Of a DNA stretch of 64,000 nucleotides, positions 37,667 through 47,397 are shown piece after piece. Source of the stretch: an uncultured Myxococcales bacterium (lineage in GTDB: Bacteria > Myxococcota_A > UBA9042 > DTJE01); contig CAINDP010000034.1 in NCBI GenBank assembly GCA_903847405.1, positions 27,950-91,949 of the forward strand, read 5' to 3'. The stretch's first letter is position 1, and the number at the start of each line of letters is the position of its first letter. Under the pieces are notes generated by a model. The model saw nothing but the letters and a program-made list of their open reading frames with translations, did not search any database and had not been told where the DNA came from. The translations under genes were made by a program, and so were the position numbers.

Positions 37667-37820
37667 TGGACCACCCCGCGTTCGCCGGACGGTATCGAAT
37701 CGCCACAATTGCGTCAAGCGAGGCGGCCCGCGAGGGCGCAGGGCCCGCGTGGTTGACGCATGGGGCTCCCCTTCAATAGAATCCGCCCATTCCGCGGTTC
37801 GGGCCGCCGGAGAACCAACC

Positions 37821-39721
37821 ATGCCGGACCTCGCCTCCCCCGGGAACGGAGGGCCCTCGGGCCCGGCCGTGCAGCAGCCCCGCACCGATCCCCGCCGGGC
37901 CGTCCGGAAGGCCCTCGACCGGGCCCGGTCGGCCCGCGGCAAGGTCGCCGACCTGTTCGCGCCGCTGCAGTTCCTGCCCGCCCCGTTCAAGGTGGCCCTG
38001 ATCGCCGTGGATTCGGCCGCCGTCACGGTGGCCGGCTACTGGTTCCTGCGGGCACTGCTGTTGCGGCCGACGGGCTACTCGACGAACCAGGAGGCGGCGG
38101 TCATCGGCGTGGGCCTGGGGCTCCTGCTGGTCCTGTCGCACCTGGTCATGCCGTTCAAGAAGGAACGGACGTGCGGCAACCTGGTCCTGCAGTTCGTGAT
38201 CTGGTTCGGGCTGGCCGCCGCGTTCACGGCCCTGGCGGACTCCGCGATCCGGCCGGGCTGGGACTGGTCCTGGCTGCGCGTCGAAATGATCAAGATTCCC
38301 TTGTGGTTCGGCGTGCTGGTCCCGCTGATGCCGGTGTTCACGGCGATCGTGGCCGTGGTCGCGGCGGCGCTGGCGTGGATCGCCCTGGAGCACCCGAAGA
38401 GCAACTGGGTCCGGTGGGTCCCGACCGCGGCCCTGGTGGCGCTGGTCTACATGGCCCACACGCGGTTCCCGGCGCCCGGCGCCTACGAGCCCGAGGGCTC
38501 CGAACCCCTGGCGATCCGGTTTTCGCTGCTGTTCTGCAGCCCGCTGTTCGTGATCGTGGGGCTGCTGTGGGCCCGGCGTCGCCTGGCCGCCTTCCGCCTG
38601 GTGCCCGCGGCGTTCTACTGCGCGATGATCGGGCTGAACTACATGGGCCTGCTGCCCGTCCACGACGTGTCGGAGATGCTCCCCCAGGCCAGTTCGACCG
38701 ACCACACGATCTTCCAGCAACCGGGCGTCAGCCGGTTCTTCCCGCCGGCCTCGACCCGACCCGACCAGTCCTTCCTGTTCCTGCGCGACATGGCCAGCGT
38801 GGACAACCGCCTGTACGTCAGCTACGGCCCGACGTGCGGCGTGTTCGGGTTCGACCTGGCGAACGGCGCGGAAACGAACCTGGAGTTCGAGGGCACCATG
38901 CGGCACATGGTGGTGGCGCCGACGGCAACCACCTGTGGGGCCTGAACTGGCAGCACGGCCGGTTCCTTTCCCTGAACACCCAGCCCTCCCCTTCGATGGC
39001 GTGCGCCCAGGATCTGTTCGGGATGGACCTGAAGACGCCCTGGTGGATCATCGCCCAGAACGATCGGATCTTCGTGTCGAACGTCACCCCGCCGGTCCTG
39101 GCGGAACTGACCCCGTCCAGCCCGGGCCTGGGCTGCCCCCTGACGCTGAAGCGATCGATCAACTTCCACACGAACGGCTACACGGGCTTCACCGACGGCG
39201 CCTTCGCCATGCACCTGGACGAGGCCCGCAACCGCCTGTACGTGGTGGTCGGGATGCTGGAAGGCACGACCATGATGGGCCTGCTGGAAATCGACCTCGA
39301 CACGTTCAAGGTGGTGCGCGAACTGCGCCTGCCCGCCGGCAGCACCATGGAAGCGGTTCCCGAGCGGGGCACGGTCCTGCTGCCCGCCTACTGGGGACCC
39401 GAAATCTACGAGGTCAACCTGGAGCAGATGGCGATCGTGAACACGTTCACGGCCGTGCCCAGCGTGCTGGCCCTGCGCTATGACCCGAAGCGGAAGCTGA
39501 TCTTCGCGCTGTCGCGGGCGGCGGGGCAGATGGCCGTGATCGACTACGCCACGGGGAAGACCCTGCGGACCGACAGCGTCGGGGCCAAGCCGGAAGCGAT
39601 CTGGCTGGATCCCGACGGGTCGCGGATGTTCCTGGGCAGCGGCCTGGGCATCCTGAAGTTCGACATCGACACGTTCCTGCCGCCGGGCGATCGTTCGACG
39701 GCCGGCGCCGCGGCGCCCTGA
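37821..39721 (+). pseudogene. TM + YVTN/YncE-like beta-propeller protein with a one-base frameshift near 38920
   Basis: One frame reads ...RHMVVAP and stops at 38945; another frame continues DGNHLWGLNW...DEARNRLYV...YDPKRKLIF. Adding one base at gcgcc|gac restores VVAPDGNHLW. Could be a sequencing error. Confidence 0.65.
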
Positions 39722-39725
39722 CCGG

Positions 39726-41777
39726 TCACGGCACGGCCGGCACCCCCTGCACCACCGGGAACTGCCGCAGGGTCCGGGCCACGAAGGGCGCCGGGTTCGT
39801 GACGTAGGGCCCGTACGCCCACTCCCAGTAGTCCTGGTTCAACTTCCGGTACCGCCACTCGGCTTCCACGTTCAGCAGCCGGCCGCAGTCCGTCGCCAGG
39901 CGCATTTCGTAGGCGTCGATCCCGACCGCGCCCGGAAGGATTTCGCGGTCCAGGACCTTTTCGCGGATCTGCCAGACCCGGTTGTGCGTCAGGACGTGAC
40001 CGTCCATGCCGATCACCTGGCCGCCCATCTGGTGGCTGCCCGCCTGCACCTGGTTCGCCGCGTCCAGCCCGCCGCTTTCGAACAGCAGCCGGCCCGTTTC
40101 GTCGGTCACCCGCACCGCCAGCCACACTTCCTGGAGGTCCATTGCCGACGAGGGGAAGGCGTGGCCGACCCCGACGTTCCGGGTCAGGACCCGGAAGGGG
40201 ATCGTCGTCCCGGGCGCCAGGGGTCCGTCGAACTCCACCGTCATGTCCAGGTAGTCGAAGTCGCCCAGGCGCTCCACGTCGTCCCGCACGCGCGGAAAGA
40301 CCTGGGTTCCGTAGGCGAAGCCCAGCGCGCGCTCCAGGAACTGGCCCTGCATCCAGCGTTCCGTCAGCCGCGCCACCTGCGGCGTGCCCAGCAGCGCCGG
40401 GATCACCGTGTTCGATCCCAGGAACAGGTGGTTTTTCGCGCGGCCCGACAGTTCCAGGTCGCTGCGGGGCTCCATGTGGCACTGGACGCAGGTCCGGCCC
40501 TGGACGACCCCCCGCAACTGCAGGTGGTGGCAGGCCATGCAGAAGCGGTCCTCGGATTGCAGCGGGTTCTTGAACGCGCGGCCGTGGGCGCGGACGTTCA
40601 GGCGGATCAGCAACCCCGTCAGCAGGTCCATGTCCCCGCCCGCCCGCTCGGCGTCCAGGAACATCGAGAGGTGGTCCGCGGGCAGGTCGATGGAATAACT
40701 GGACTTCCGCGGGTCCTCGGACTGCGAGACGTCGGAAATGACGTGGCAGAACACGCAGGACATGTTTTCGCGCTGCACGTAGTCCTCGGTGCGGCCGCCC
40801 CCGGTGAACAGCACGGTCGGCGTGTGGCAGCCGGCGCACAGCACCTGGTTGGGACGCCCGATCTCGGTGGCCAGGAGGGCCAGGTTCTTCTGCAGGTGCG
40901 GCGTGGCGTACGAGGCATGGTGGACCGAGTTCCGGTGATCCTCCAGCAGGTCGGCGTGGCACTGGTCCGTCGCCCCGCAACTGGCGCTGATGTCCACCCA
41001 CCGGGCGTCGATCGGGAACGGCACGACGTCGCGCTCCTCGGGCAGGCGCCGTTCCAGGGGGATCGTGGACAGGTGGACCGTCGCCTCCCGGGCCGCCGGA
41101 GCGGGCTGCCACAGCCGGCCGATCCCGTTGACCGCCGACGGGACCCCGACCGCCAGCGCGGCCGCCACGCCCACCGCAAGGGCCAGTTCCCGGACCCGGC
41201 CGCGCACCCCGCCGACCAGCGCCAGGAAGCCGACGAGGGCGGCGAGGCCCCCGGCGACGGAGTGGAAGTACAGGACCACCGCCAGCGACCGGCCGCCCCC
41301 CAGGACCAGGAACGACATCCCCGAAACCAGCGCCATGCTCCACGCGGCCAGACCGGCCGCCTGGGCGCCGGTCCCGGGAACGTCCAGACCCGACAGATCC
41401 ACGCGCCGGCCCCGGACGAACAGGACCAGGCAGGCGGCCGCCATCAGGGCAAACAGCCGCCCCGAAAAGACGTTCACCTCGTCGGCCGTGAAGTAGGGGT
41501 AAGGGAACACCCGGAAGCACCCCAGGGTGACCAGGGCGGCGAAGGCCAGCAGCAGTTCCGGCGACAGGCCCGGCGTGTGCGAAACCAGGTCCGCCGACGC
41601 CTTGCGGATCGCCCAGGCCGCCACCCCGATCCCCAGCAGCGGGTGCAGCAGCAGGTTCAGACGGAAGTAGGGGCTCCATGAGGCGGACACCACGTTCAGC
41701 AGGCCGGACAGAACGACCAGCAGGAACGCCGCCTTCCATCCCCAGGCGACCCAGGCCCGCAACAGGCGCTGCTTCAT
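39726..41777 (-). CDS. Membrane-anchored multiheme c-type cytochrome 2
   Basis: TM block; CGATDQCH, CAGCH, CVFCH, CMACH and CVQCH; GHAFP domain; clearly paralogous to 33360-35432. Confidence 0.88.
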   Translation of the reverse strand: MKQRLLRAWVAWGWKAAFLLVVLSGLLNVVSASWSPYFRLNLLLHPLLGIGVAAWAIRKASADLVSHTPGLSPELLLAFAALVTLGCFRVFPYPYFTADEVNVFSGRLFALMAAACLVLFVRGRRVDLSGLDVPGTGAQAAGLAAWSMALVSGMSFLVLGGGRSLAVVLYFHSVAGGLAALVGFLALVGGVRGRVRELALAVGVAAALAVGVPSAVNGIGRLWQPAPAAREATVHLSTIPLERRLPEERDVVPFPIDARWVDISASCGATDQCHADLLEDHRNSVHHASYATPHLQKNLALLATEIGRPNQVLCAGCHTPTVLFTGGGRTEDYVQRENMSCVFCHVISDVSQSEDPRKSSYSIDLPADHLSMFLDAERAGGDMDLLTGLLIRLNVRAHGRAFKNPLQSEDRFCMACHHLQLRGVVQGRTCVQCHMEPRSDLELSGRAKNHLFLGSNTVIPALLGTPQVARLTERWMQGQFLERALGFAYGTQVFPRVRDDVERLGDFDYLDMTVEFDGPLAPGTTIPFRVLTRNVGVGHAFPSSAMDLQEVWLAVRVTDETGRLLFESGGLDAANQVQAGSHQMGGQVIGMDGHVLTHNRVWQIREKVLDREILPGAVGIDAYEMRLATDCGRLLNVEAEWRYRKLNQDYWEWAYGPYVTNPAPFVARTLRQFPVVQGVPAVP

Positions 41778-43321
41778 GGGACGACGCCCTCCCTGCCCGC
41801 CGGGGGCGTGACGGCCGGGGGCGTGACGGCCGGGGGCGTCGCGACCGGGGGCCTCGCCCGCTCGGGCGGCAGCCAGCGCAGGGCAAAGCCGTGGTCGGGC
41901 AGCGGGGATCCGGGCTTTTCGGTGTCAGCGTCCTCCGACCGGGGCATGTGGCACGTCACGCAGCCCGACCCGCCCCGGCACGCCGGGGTCATCCGGGGCT
42001 GCTGGTGGTACGGCCGGGAAATCCACTCGGGGGGGGTTCCCTCGGGGTCGTACCCCGGGACCGGCCGGAAGCGGTGGCAGGCGATGCACACGCGATCGTC
42101 CTTGTAGTCCGGGCTGTCGAAGTCGCTGCGGTGTTCCGGGAGGAAGGGGATCACCGACCAGCTTTCGGCCGTGATGCGTCCGTAGTATTCGGGATATCGG
42201 AACGCCAGGGCGCCGTTGGCCGGCACGTCCTCCAGGGCGCGCAGGCCGTGGCACACCAGGCACGAGATGCCTTCCCGCCGGCCGTCGGGGCTGGACAGCC
42301 CCTTCGCGAAATCGACCTGGCCGGAGTACAGCGATATCGGGTCGTGGCAGCCCGCGCAGACCCGGCCGAAGGCCACGCCACGGGTCCGCACCGCGGCCTC
42401 CAGATCGCGCCGGTACCGCCAGGTCACCGAGTTGCGATGGGCCGAATCGCGCCATTGGCTGAGCACGATGGGGTGGCACCAGTCCTCGGCGCCGCATCCC
42501 GCGGACTGCCCCAGGAACTGGCTGCGGATATAGCCGCCTTCCGCCAGGCGGGCGGGGCTGGGCGCCAGGTCGACCACGCCGGGCAGGGCCCGCTGGTCCG
42601 GCGGCGCGACCAGGTTCCACACCCCGGAATCGATCGGCAGCAGCGCGAAGCCGACGGTCACGGCCCCGGCGACGACCACCGCTGCGGCCGTGCGGGCCCA
42701 GGTCAGGCGATCCAGGATCCGGAACGGACGGACGTCGGCCGGCGCGGCGCCGTTCCGCCTGCGGCGCAGCGACATCCCGATGTGCACCAGGACCAGCGGC
42801 GTACCGACGACCAGCAGCGCCGCATGGGTCGGCAGCAACTGCCCCTTGATCGCCAGGAGCCCCATCAGGGCGCCGGCCCACAGGGACGCCTTCAGCAGCA
42901 TCCACCCGAAGCGGGTCACCCCGGGCAGCCACCGCGGCGCGTCGGTCCAGACGCTGCGGACGTGCAGGAACAGGTACGGGACGAACACCAGCAGGAAGAA
43001 CCGTCCCGCCAGCATGTGCAGCATCCGCAGCCGGAACCCGGCCGGTTCGTACCGGGGGACCAGCATGGGCGCCACGGCCGACACGCTCAGCACCAGGAAC
43101 AGGACGAAGGTGACGAACAGCATCGCCTGCGCCAGGCGCGGCCGGGCAGGCGACGCGAACCCGTAGAGGGCCCCGATGAACAGCGCCGCGTTCAGCGGCA
43201 TGTCGATCAGGAAGTACGACCCCAGCACGAAGGCGCCCCCCAGGAACAGGGCGTCGATCGCGCCGATGCCGAAGAACAGGTCGAACAGGATCTTCTTGCC
43301 GACCCGGCGTGTCGTCGTCAT
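41774..43321 (-). CDS. Membrane-anchored multiheme c-type cytochrome 3 (short form)
   Basis: ATGA overlap with the rSAM stop; TM block; CGAEDWCH, CAGCH, CLVCH, CIACH and CVTCH; lacks the GHxFP domain; ends in PPAVT repeats. Confidence 0.85.
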   Translation of the reverse strand: MTTTRRVGKKILFDLFFGIGAIDALFLGGAFVLGSYFLIDMPLNAALFIGALYGFASPARPRLAQAMLFVTFVLFLVLSVSAVAPMLVPRYEPAGFRLRMLHMLAGRFFLLVFVPYLFLHVRSVWTDAPRWLPGVTRFGWMLLKASLWAGALMGLLAIKGQLLPTHAALLVVGTPLVLVHIGMSLRRRRNGAAPADVRPFRILDRLTWARTAAAVVVAGAVTVGFALLPIDSGVWNLVAPPDQRALPGVVDLAPSPARLAEGGYIRSQFLGQSAGCGAEDWCHPIVLSQWRDSAHRNSVTWRYRRDLEAAVRTRGVAFGRVCAGCHDPISLYSGQVDFAKGLSSPDGRREGISCLVCHGLRALEDVPANGALAFRYPEYYGRITAESWSVIPFLPEHRSDFDSPDYKDDRVCIACHRFRPVPGYDPEGTPPEWISRPYHQQPRMTPACRGGSGCVTCHMPRSEDADTEKPGSPLPDHGFALRWLPPERARPPVATPPAVTPPAVTPPAGREGVVP

Positions 43322-44817
43322 GGACATCCGGCGGAGGTCCCCTTTCCAGCGCGGCGAGCGCGCTCCCACGCGCCCAGCACCCACTGCATCAGGTCCCGCT
43401 CGACCAGGCCCCGGAAGAAGAAATGGCGGGTGCGGAAGCGCGCGATCGGCCGGTACAGGCGGGCCAGCGCCACGGCCCAGGACGGCATCCCGTACTCGCC
43501 CGCCTTGTCGTCCAGGAACATGGACGTGAAGTACAGCGCCTCGTAGAAGCGCCGCCGGCCCAGATCCAGGTTCGCCGCCGAGTGATCGACTTCGGCCCAG
43601 GCCGCCAGCGTCCGGGGCGCCTCCATGCCCAGGGCCACGGCCTGGTCGAACATGTCGGTGCCCGGGTACGGCGAGAAGTTGTAGAAGGGCGAAATCCGGA
43701 TGTTCGGGTTCAGGCGCAGCAGTTCCAGGGCCAGTTCGACGGTCTGGCGCACGTCCTCGTCGGTTTCCGAAGGCAGCCCGCACATGAAGCTGCAGTAGAT
43801 GTTGATGGGATGGCCCGCCAGGCGGGTCGCGACCTCCCGCACGTCCTCGACGGTGCCGGTCTTGCGCACCAGCGTGCGGATCCGCGGGGAGCCCGACTCG
43901 ATCCCGACGCTCATCCGGGTGCAGCCCGCGGCGACCAGGAGGTCCAGTTCGGCGACGGTCAGGTGCTTCAGCCCCAGGATGTCGATCCCCTGGACCTGCC
44001 AGGTGATCCCCAGGGGCTGGATTCCCGCGGCGATGGCCATGGCCCGCGCCTTGTCGGCGAAGAACATGTCGTCCACGAAATAGACGTCCCGGACCCCGTG
44101 CGACGCCACCAGGTGCCGGACCTGCTCCAGCGTCCGTTCGGCCGACAGCCCCCGCCAGCGCCGTCCGTTGAACACGCCGTTGTAGCAGTAGCCGCAACGA
44201 AACGGGCATCCCCGGGAGCTCTGCAGGTAGATGGAGCGCCGTCCCTTGTAGGTCGGCTGGTACCGGGCCACGTCCACGAGGTGCCACGGGGGGGTCGGCA
44301 GTTCGTCGAGGTTTTCGATCAGTTCCGGCGGCGACCCGTGGACCCCGTCGGCGTCCTTCCACCAGACCCCGGGGATCCCCACAGGTGCCTTCCCCTCGGC
44401 GACGGCCCGGGCCAGGGCGGGCAACGTGTATTCGCCTTCGCCCTGGACGACGAAGTCGGCGCGAGGGTCCTGCAGGGTCGTTTCGGCGGGCAGAAGGCTG
44501 GGATGGACGCCGCCCCAGGCGATCGGGACCTCGGGCCGGGCGGCCCGCACCACGTCGCACATGTCCAGGGCGCTGCGGATCATCGGCCCGGTGAACGCCG
44601 TCACGCCCACCAGCAGCGGCGCGGGGTCCAGTTCGGCCCGCAGGCGTTCCTGCCAGTCGGCCCCGTGGATGCGTCGATCGAAAATCCGGACGTCCCAGTC
44701 GCGGACGGCCACCGACGCCGCGTGCAGCAGCGACAGGGGAAGGGCGGGACTGGAACGCATCCCGTCCCACTCGCCCACGGCGGGCTGAAGCAGCAGGATT
44801 CGCGGACGCGCGCTCAT
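43318..44817 (-). CDS. B12-binding radical SAM enzyme 1
   Basis: WGGVHPS, GEGE, SRGCPFRCGYC, FVDDMF, GIESG and PYPGT motifs. Confidence 0.9.
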   Translation of the reverse strand: MSARPRILLLQPAVGEWDGMRSSPALPLSLLHAASVAVRDWDVRIFDRRIHGADWQERLRAELDPAPLLVGVTAFTGPMIRSALDMCDVVRAARPEVPIAWGGVHPSLLPAETTLQDPRADFVVQGEGEYTLPALARAVAEGKAPVGIPGVWWKDADGVHGSPPELIENLDELPTPPWHLVDVARYQPTYKGRRSIYLQSSRGCPFRCGYCYNGVFNGRRWRGLSAERTLEQVRHLVASHGVRDVYFVDDMFFADKARAMAIAAGIQPLGITWQVQGIDILGLKHLTVAELDLLVAAGCTRMSVGIESGSPRIRTLVRKTGTVEDVREVATRLAGHPINIYCSFMCGLPSETDEDVRQTVELALELLRLNPNIRISPFYNFSPYPGTDMFDQAVALGMEAPRTLAAWAEVDHSAANLDLGRRRFYEALYFTSMFLDDKAGEYGMPSWAVALARLYRPIARFRTRHFFFRGLVERDLMQWVLGAWERARRAGKGTSAGCP

Positions 44818-44949
44818 CGCAACCCGGGGGAAGGACCGCGCTACTCTACTGAAATCCCGGACCGCGGGCAACCGGGCGCCCGGGGCCCGGGACGTGTCGA
44901 CGGCCCCCGGATTTCCCACTAGAATCCCGGGCGGACGGCGAGGCGCTGC

Positions 44950-46002
44950 ATGGATTTCGTGACCCACATGGCAACCGGGGCGCTGGTGGCCCAGAGCGTC
45001 TGCCCTCCCGAGCACCGCTGGGCCTTCGCCCTGGTGGGGGCCGGGGCCGCCGTGGTGCCCGACATCGACTTCGTCGCCCGGCTGGGGAAGAACGACCTGT
45101 CGTTCCTGAAGAACCACCGAGGCCTGACCCACTCGCTGCTGGCGATCCCGATCATCGCGACGGCGGCCGCGGCCAGCGGGAACCTTCTGTTCGACGCGCC
45201 CTTCTGGCCCCTGGCGGCGACGTGCGTCCTGGCGGCCTTCTCGCACCTGGTCCTGGACGTGACGACGCACGCGTCGGGCATCGCCTGGCTGTGGCCGCAC
45301 AGGAAACGCCTGACCTGGTCCCTGTTCATCGGGCTGAACCCGCTGACCTCCTCGGCCCGCTGCAGCGAACGGCGCGTCGGCACCTGCGTGCGATGCTCCA
45401 TGCACAGCGCGATCCTGAACCCCTTCGTGGCCCTGGTCCTGGCGGGCTTCCTGGCAAGCCTGGCGGCCCCCTCCTGGGCGCTGGCCAGCCGGATCAGCCT
45501 GGGCGTTGCCGCGCTGTACCTGGGGGCCGTCGGATGGATCCGCTGGCGCGCGTCCCGGTTGCTGCGCAAATCCCTGGGCGACGACGGGGCCGGCGGCGCG
45601 ATCGAGGTCCTGCGGGCGTTCCCGGCCGGTTTCAGCCCGATGCGCTGGCTGGGCCTGGTCGGCACCGATCGCGGCGTGCGCCTGTTCGACGTGAACGCCC
45701 TGACCGGACGGGTCGAACCGCGGTCGGACATGCCGCCCTCGGAGGACAGCCCGGTCGTGCAGGCGACGCTGGACACGGCCACGGTCCGGGAGTTCCTGGG
45801 CCAGGCGATGCACCCGTACGCCCGGTCCTACGCGGTCGCCGGGGGCTCGGTGGTCATCTGGCGCGACCTGGCCCTGGCCTTTTCGCCGGTGGTCAGCCTG
45901 TATACCGCACGCGTGGTTCTGGACGGGCAGCGGCGGGTCGTGGCCGAACGCTTCCTGGAGCGCTGGGCCGTGCCGCCCGATACGAGGACGCTGGCTCCCT
46001 GA
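44950..46002 (+). CDS. Membrane metal-dependent hydrolase (YdjM-like)
   Basis: MD.VTH, PDID, HRGLTHS and SHLVLD motifs. Confidence 0.85.
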   Translation: MDFVTHMATGALVAQSVCPPEHRWAFALVGAGAAVVPDIDFVARLGKNDLSFLKNHRGLTHSLLAIPIIATAAAASGNLLFDAPFWPLAATCVLAAFSHLVLDVTTHASGIAWLWPHRKRLTWSLFIGLNPLTSSARCSERRVGTCVRCSMHSAILNPFVALVLAGFLASLAAPSWALASRISLGVAALYLGAVGWIRWRASRLLRKSLGDDGAGGAIEVLRAFPAGFSPMRWLGLVGTDRGVRLFDVNALTGRVEPRSDMPPSEDSPVVQATLDTATVREFLGQAMHPYARSYAVAGGSVVIWRDLALAFSPVVSLYTARVVLDGQRRVVAERFLERWAVPPDTRTLAP

Positions 46003-46014
46003 ACCCGCCGGGGC

Positions 46015-47397
46015 TCAGGACTTCCTGGGCGCGCCGGGACCGGCGGCGGGGGCCCGCAGTCGCCGCAGCCACCCACGTTCCGCGCGGCCGTTCACCAGGG
46101 AGCGCCACAGGCCGGTCCCGGACACCGCCAGGTCGCGCAGATCCTTCCCGTCCGCCCCGCGCAGCACCTGCCACAGCCAGCGGACGTCGGAGTAGTAGGC
46201 CAGGTACATCAGGTTGCGGGCGGCCAGGGTCCACCGCTCCGGGTCGGGCCCGAACCCCGGCGACCGGGCGCCATCGAAGTCGCTGCCCTGGCGCACCGTG
46301 GCCACGTTGAACGAAACGTAGTCGGGCCGCAGCCGTGCGGCCAGGCGGTAGGTCCGCAGCAGCGTCGTCGGCGTTTCGCCGGGCAGACCCAGCACGAAGT
46401 GGCCGCCCACCTTCAGCCCCGCGGCCTTGCACGTCCGCACCGCCGACTCCAGGACCGCGTCGTCCAGGTTCTTCCCGTAGGTGCGCCGCAGGTCCCGGTC
46501 GCCGCTTTCCAGGCCGATCTGCACCAGCCGGCATCCCGCGCCCGCCATCGCCCGGACCAGGGGCGGGTCCAGGCAGTCCGCCCGGGCATAGGCGTGCCAG
46601 GTCAGGCCGGACCGCTGCAGCGCCGCGCAGACCGCCAGGGAGTGGCCCCGGACGGCGCCGAAGGACATGTCCTTCACGAAGACGTGGCGGAACCCCCACC
46701 GCTGCATGGCCTCCAGTTCCTGAACGACGTTCGCGATGTCCCGCAGGCGGTGCCCCGAGGCCCCCGAGTTGCAGAACCGGCAGCGGTACGGGCAGCCGAA
46801 GTCCGTCATGACCGTGGCGAAGCGCACGCCGCCCAGCAGCGGCATCCGGTACGCGTCCCCCGGGAACGCGAGGTGCCGGGGGACGGGCATCCGGAAGGAC
46901 GCCTGCCGGCGCGGCATCGAGGCGCCCGGGGCCGCGGCGTCCCCGCGAAGGAACAGGCCCGGCAGCGCCCCCCGTTCACCCAGAACATGTCGGGCCAGGG
47001 CGTCGCCGACGAAATCCTTCAGGACGCCTTCGACCCCCGGATGCCCGGCCAGGTAGGCCGCCGGGTCCGCGCAGGCAGCCTCACCGGAAACGATCAGCCG
47101 CCGCGTCCCCAGCGCCGCCATGAACGCGTCGTCTTCCGGCGCCGACAGGGGCGAGGTCAGCAGGTAGACCAGCGCCGGGTCGCATTCCGAAACGCGCCGC
47201 AGGCACTCCTCGACGGACAGGCGCTCGGCGATGGCGTCGATGACCTGGAAGCCGATGCCGTGATGGTCCAGCCACCCGGTCTGGGCCAGGAGGTCGATGG
47301 GCTGCCACAGGTAGCCGGCCTTGGCGACCGACGAACACCAATAGTCCCGCAGGATGGACGCGGGCCAGGGAGGATTCAGCAGCAGGACGGGGGTCAT
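46015..47397 (-). CDS. B12-binding radical SAM enzyme 2
   Basis: LLLNPP, GCPYRCRFC, GLESG and GLPGET motifs; ATGA overlap with the upstream gene. Confidence 0.85.
   Translation of the reverse strand: MTPVLLLNPPWPASILRDYWCSSVAKAGYLWQPIDLLAQTGWLDHHGIGFQVIDAIAERLSVEECLRRVSECDPALVYLLTSPLSAPEDDAFMAALGTRRLIVSGEAACADPAAYLAGHPGVEGVLKDFVGDALARHVLGERGALPGLFLRGDAAAPGASMPRRQASFRMPVPRHLAFPGDAYRMPLLGGVRFATVMTDFGCPYRCRFCNSGASGHRLRDIANVVQELEAMQRWGFRHVFVKDMSFGAVRGHSLAVCAALQRSGLTWHAYARADCLDPPLVRAMAGAGCRLVQIGLESGDRDLRRTYGKNLDDAVLESAVRTCKAAGLKVGGHFVLGLPGETPTTLLRTYRLAARLRPDYVSFNVATVRQGSDFDGARSPGFGPDPERWTLAARNLMYLAYYSDVRWLWQVLRGADGKDLRDLAVSGTGLWRSLVNGRAERGWLRRLRAPAAGPGAPRKS

Noticed and set aside
33360-37706. 1448-aa ORF as a single giant cytochrome
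   Set aside because: The first ~758 codons are an alternate frame of the synthase-like gene; the plausible start is the ATG at 35432. The same over-extension affects several other track ORFs.
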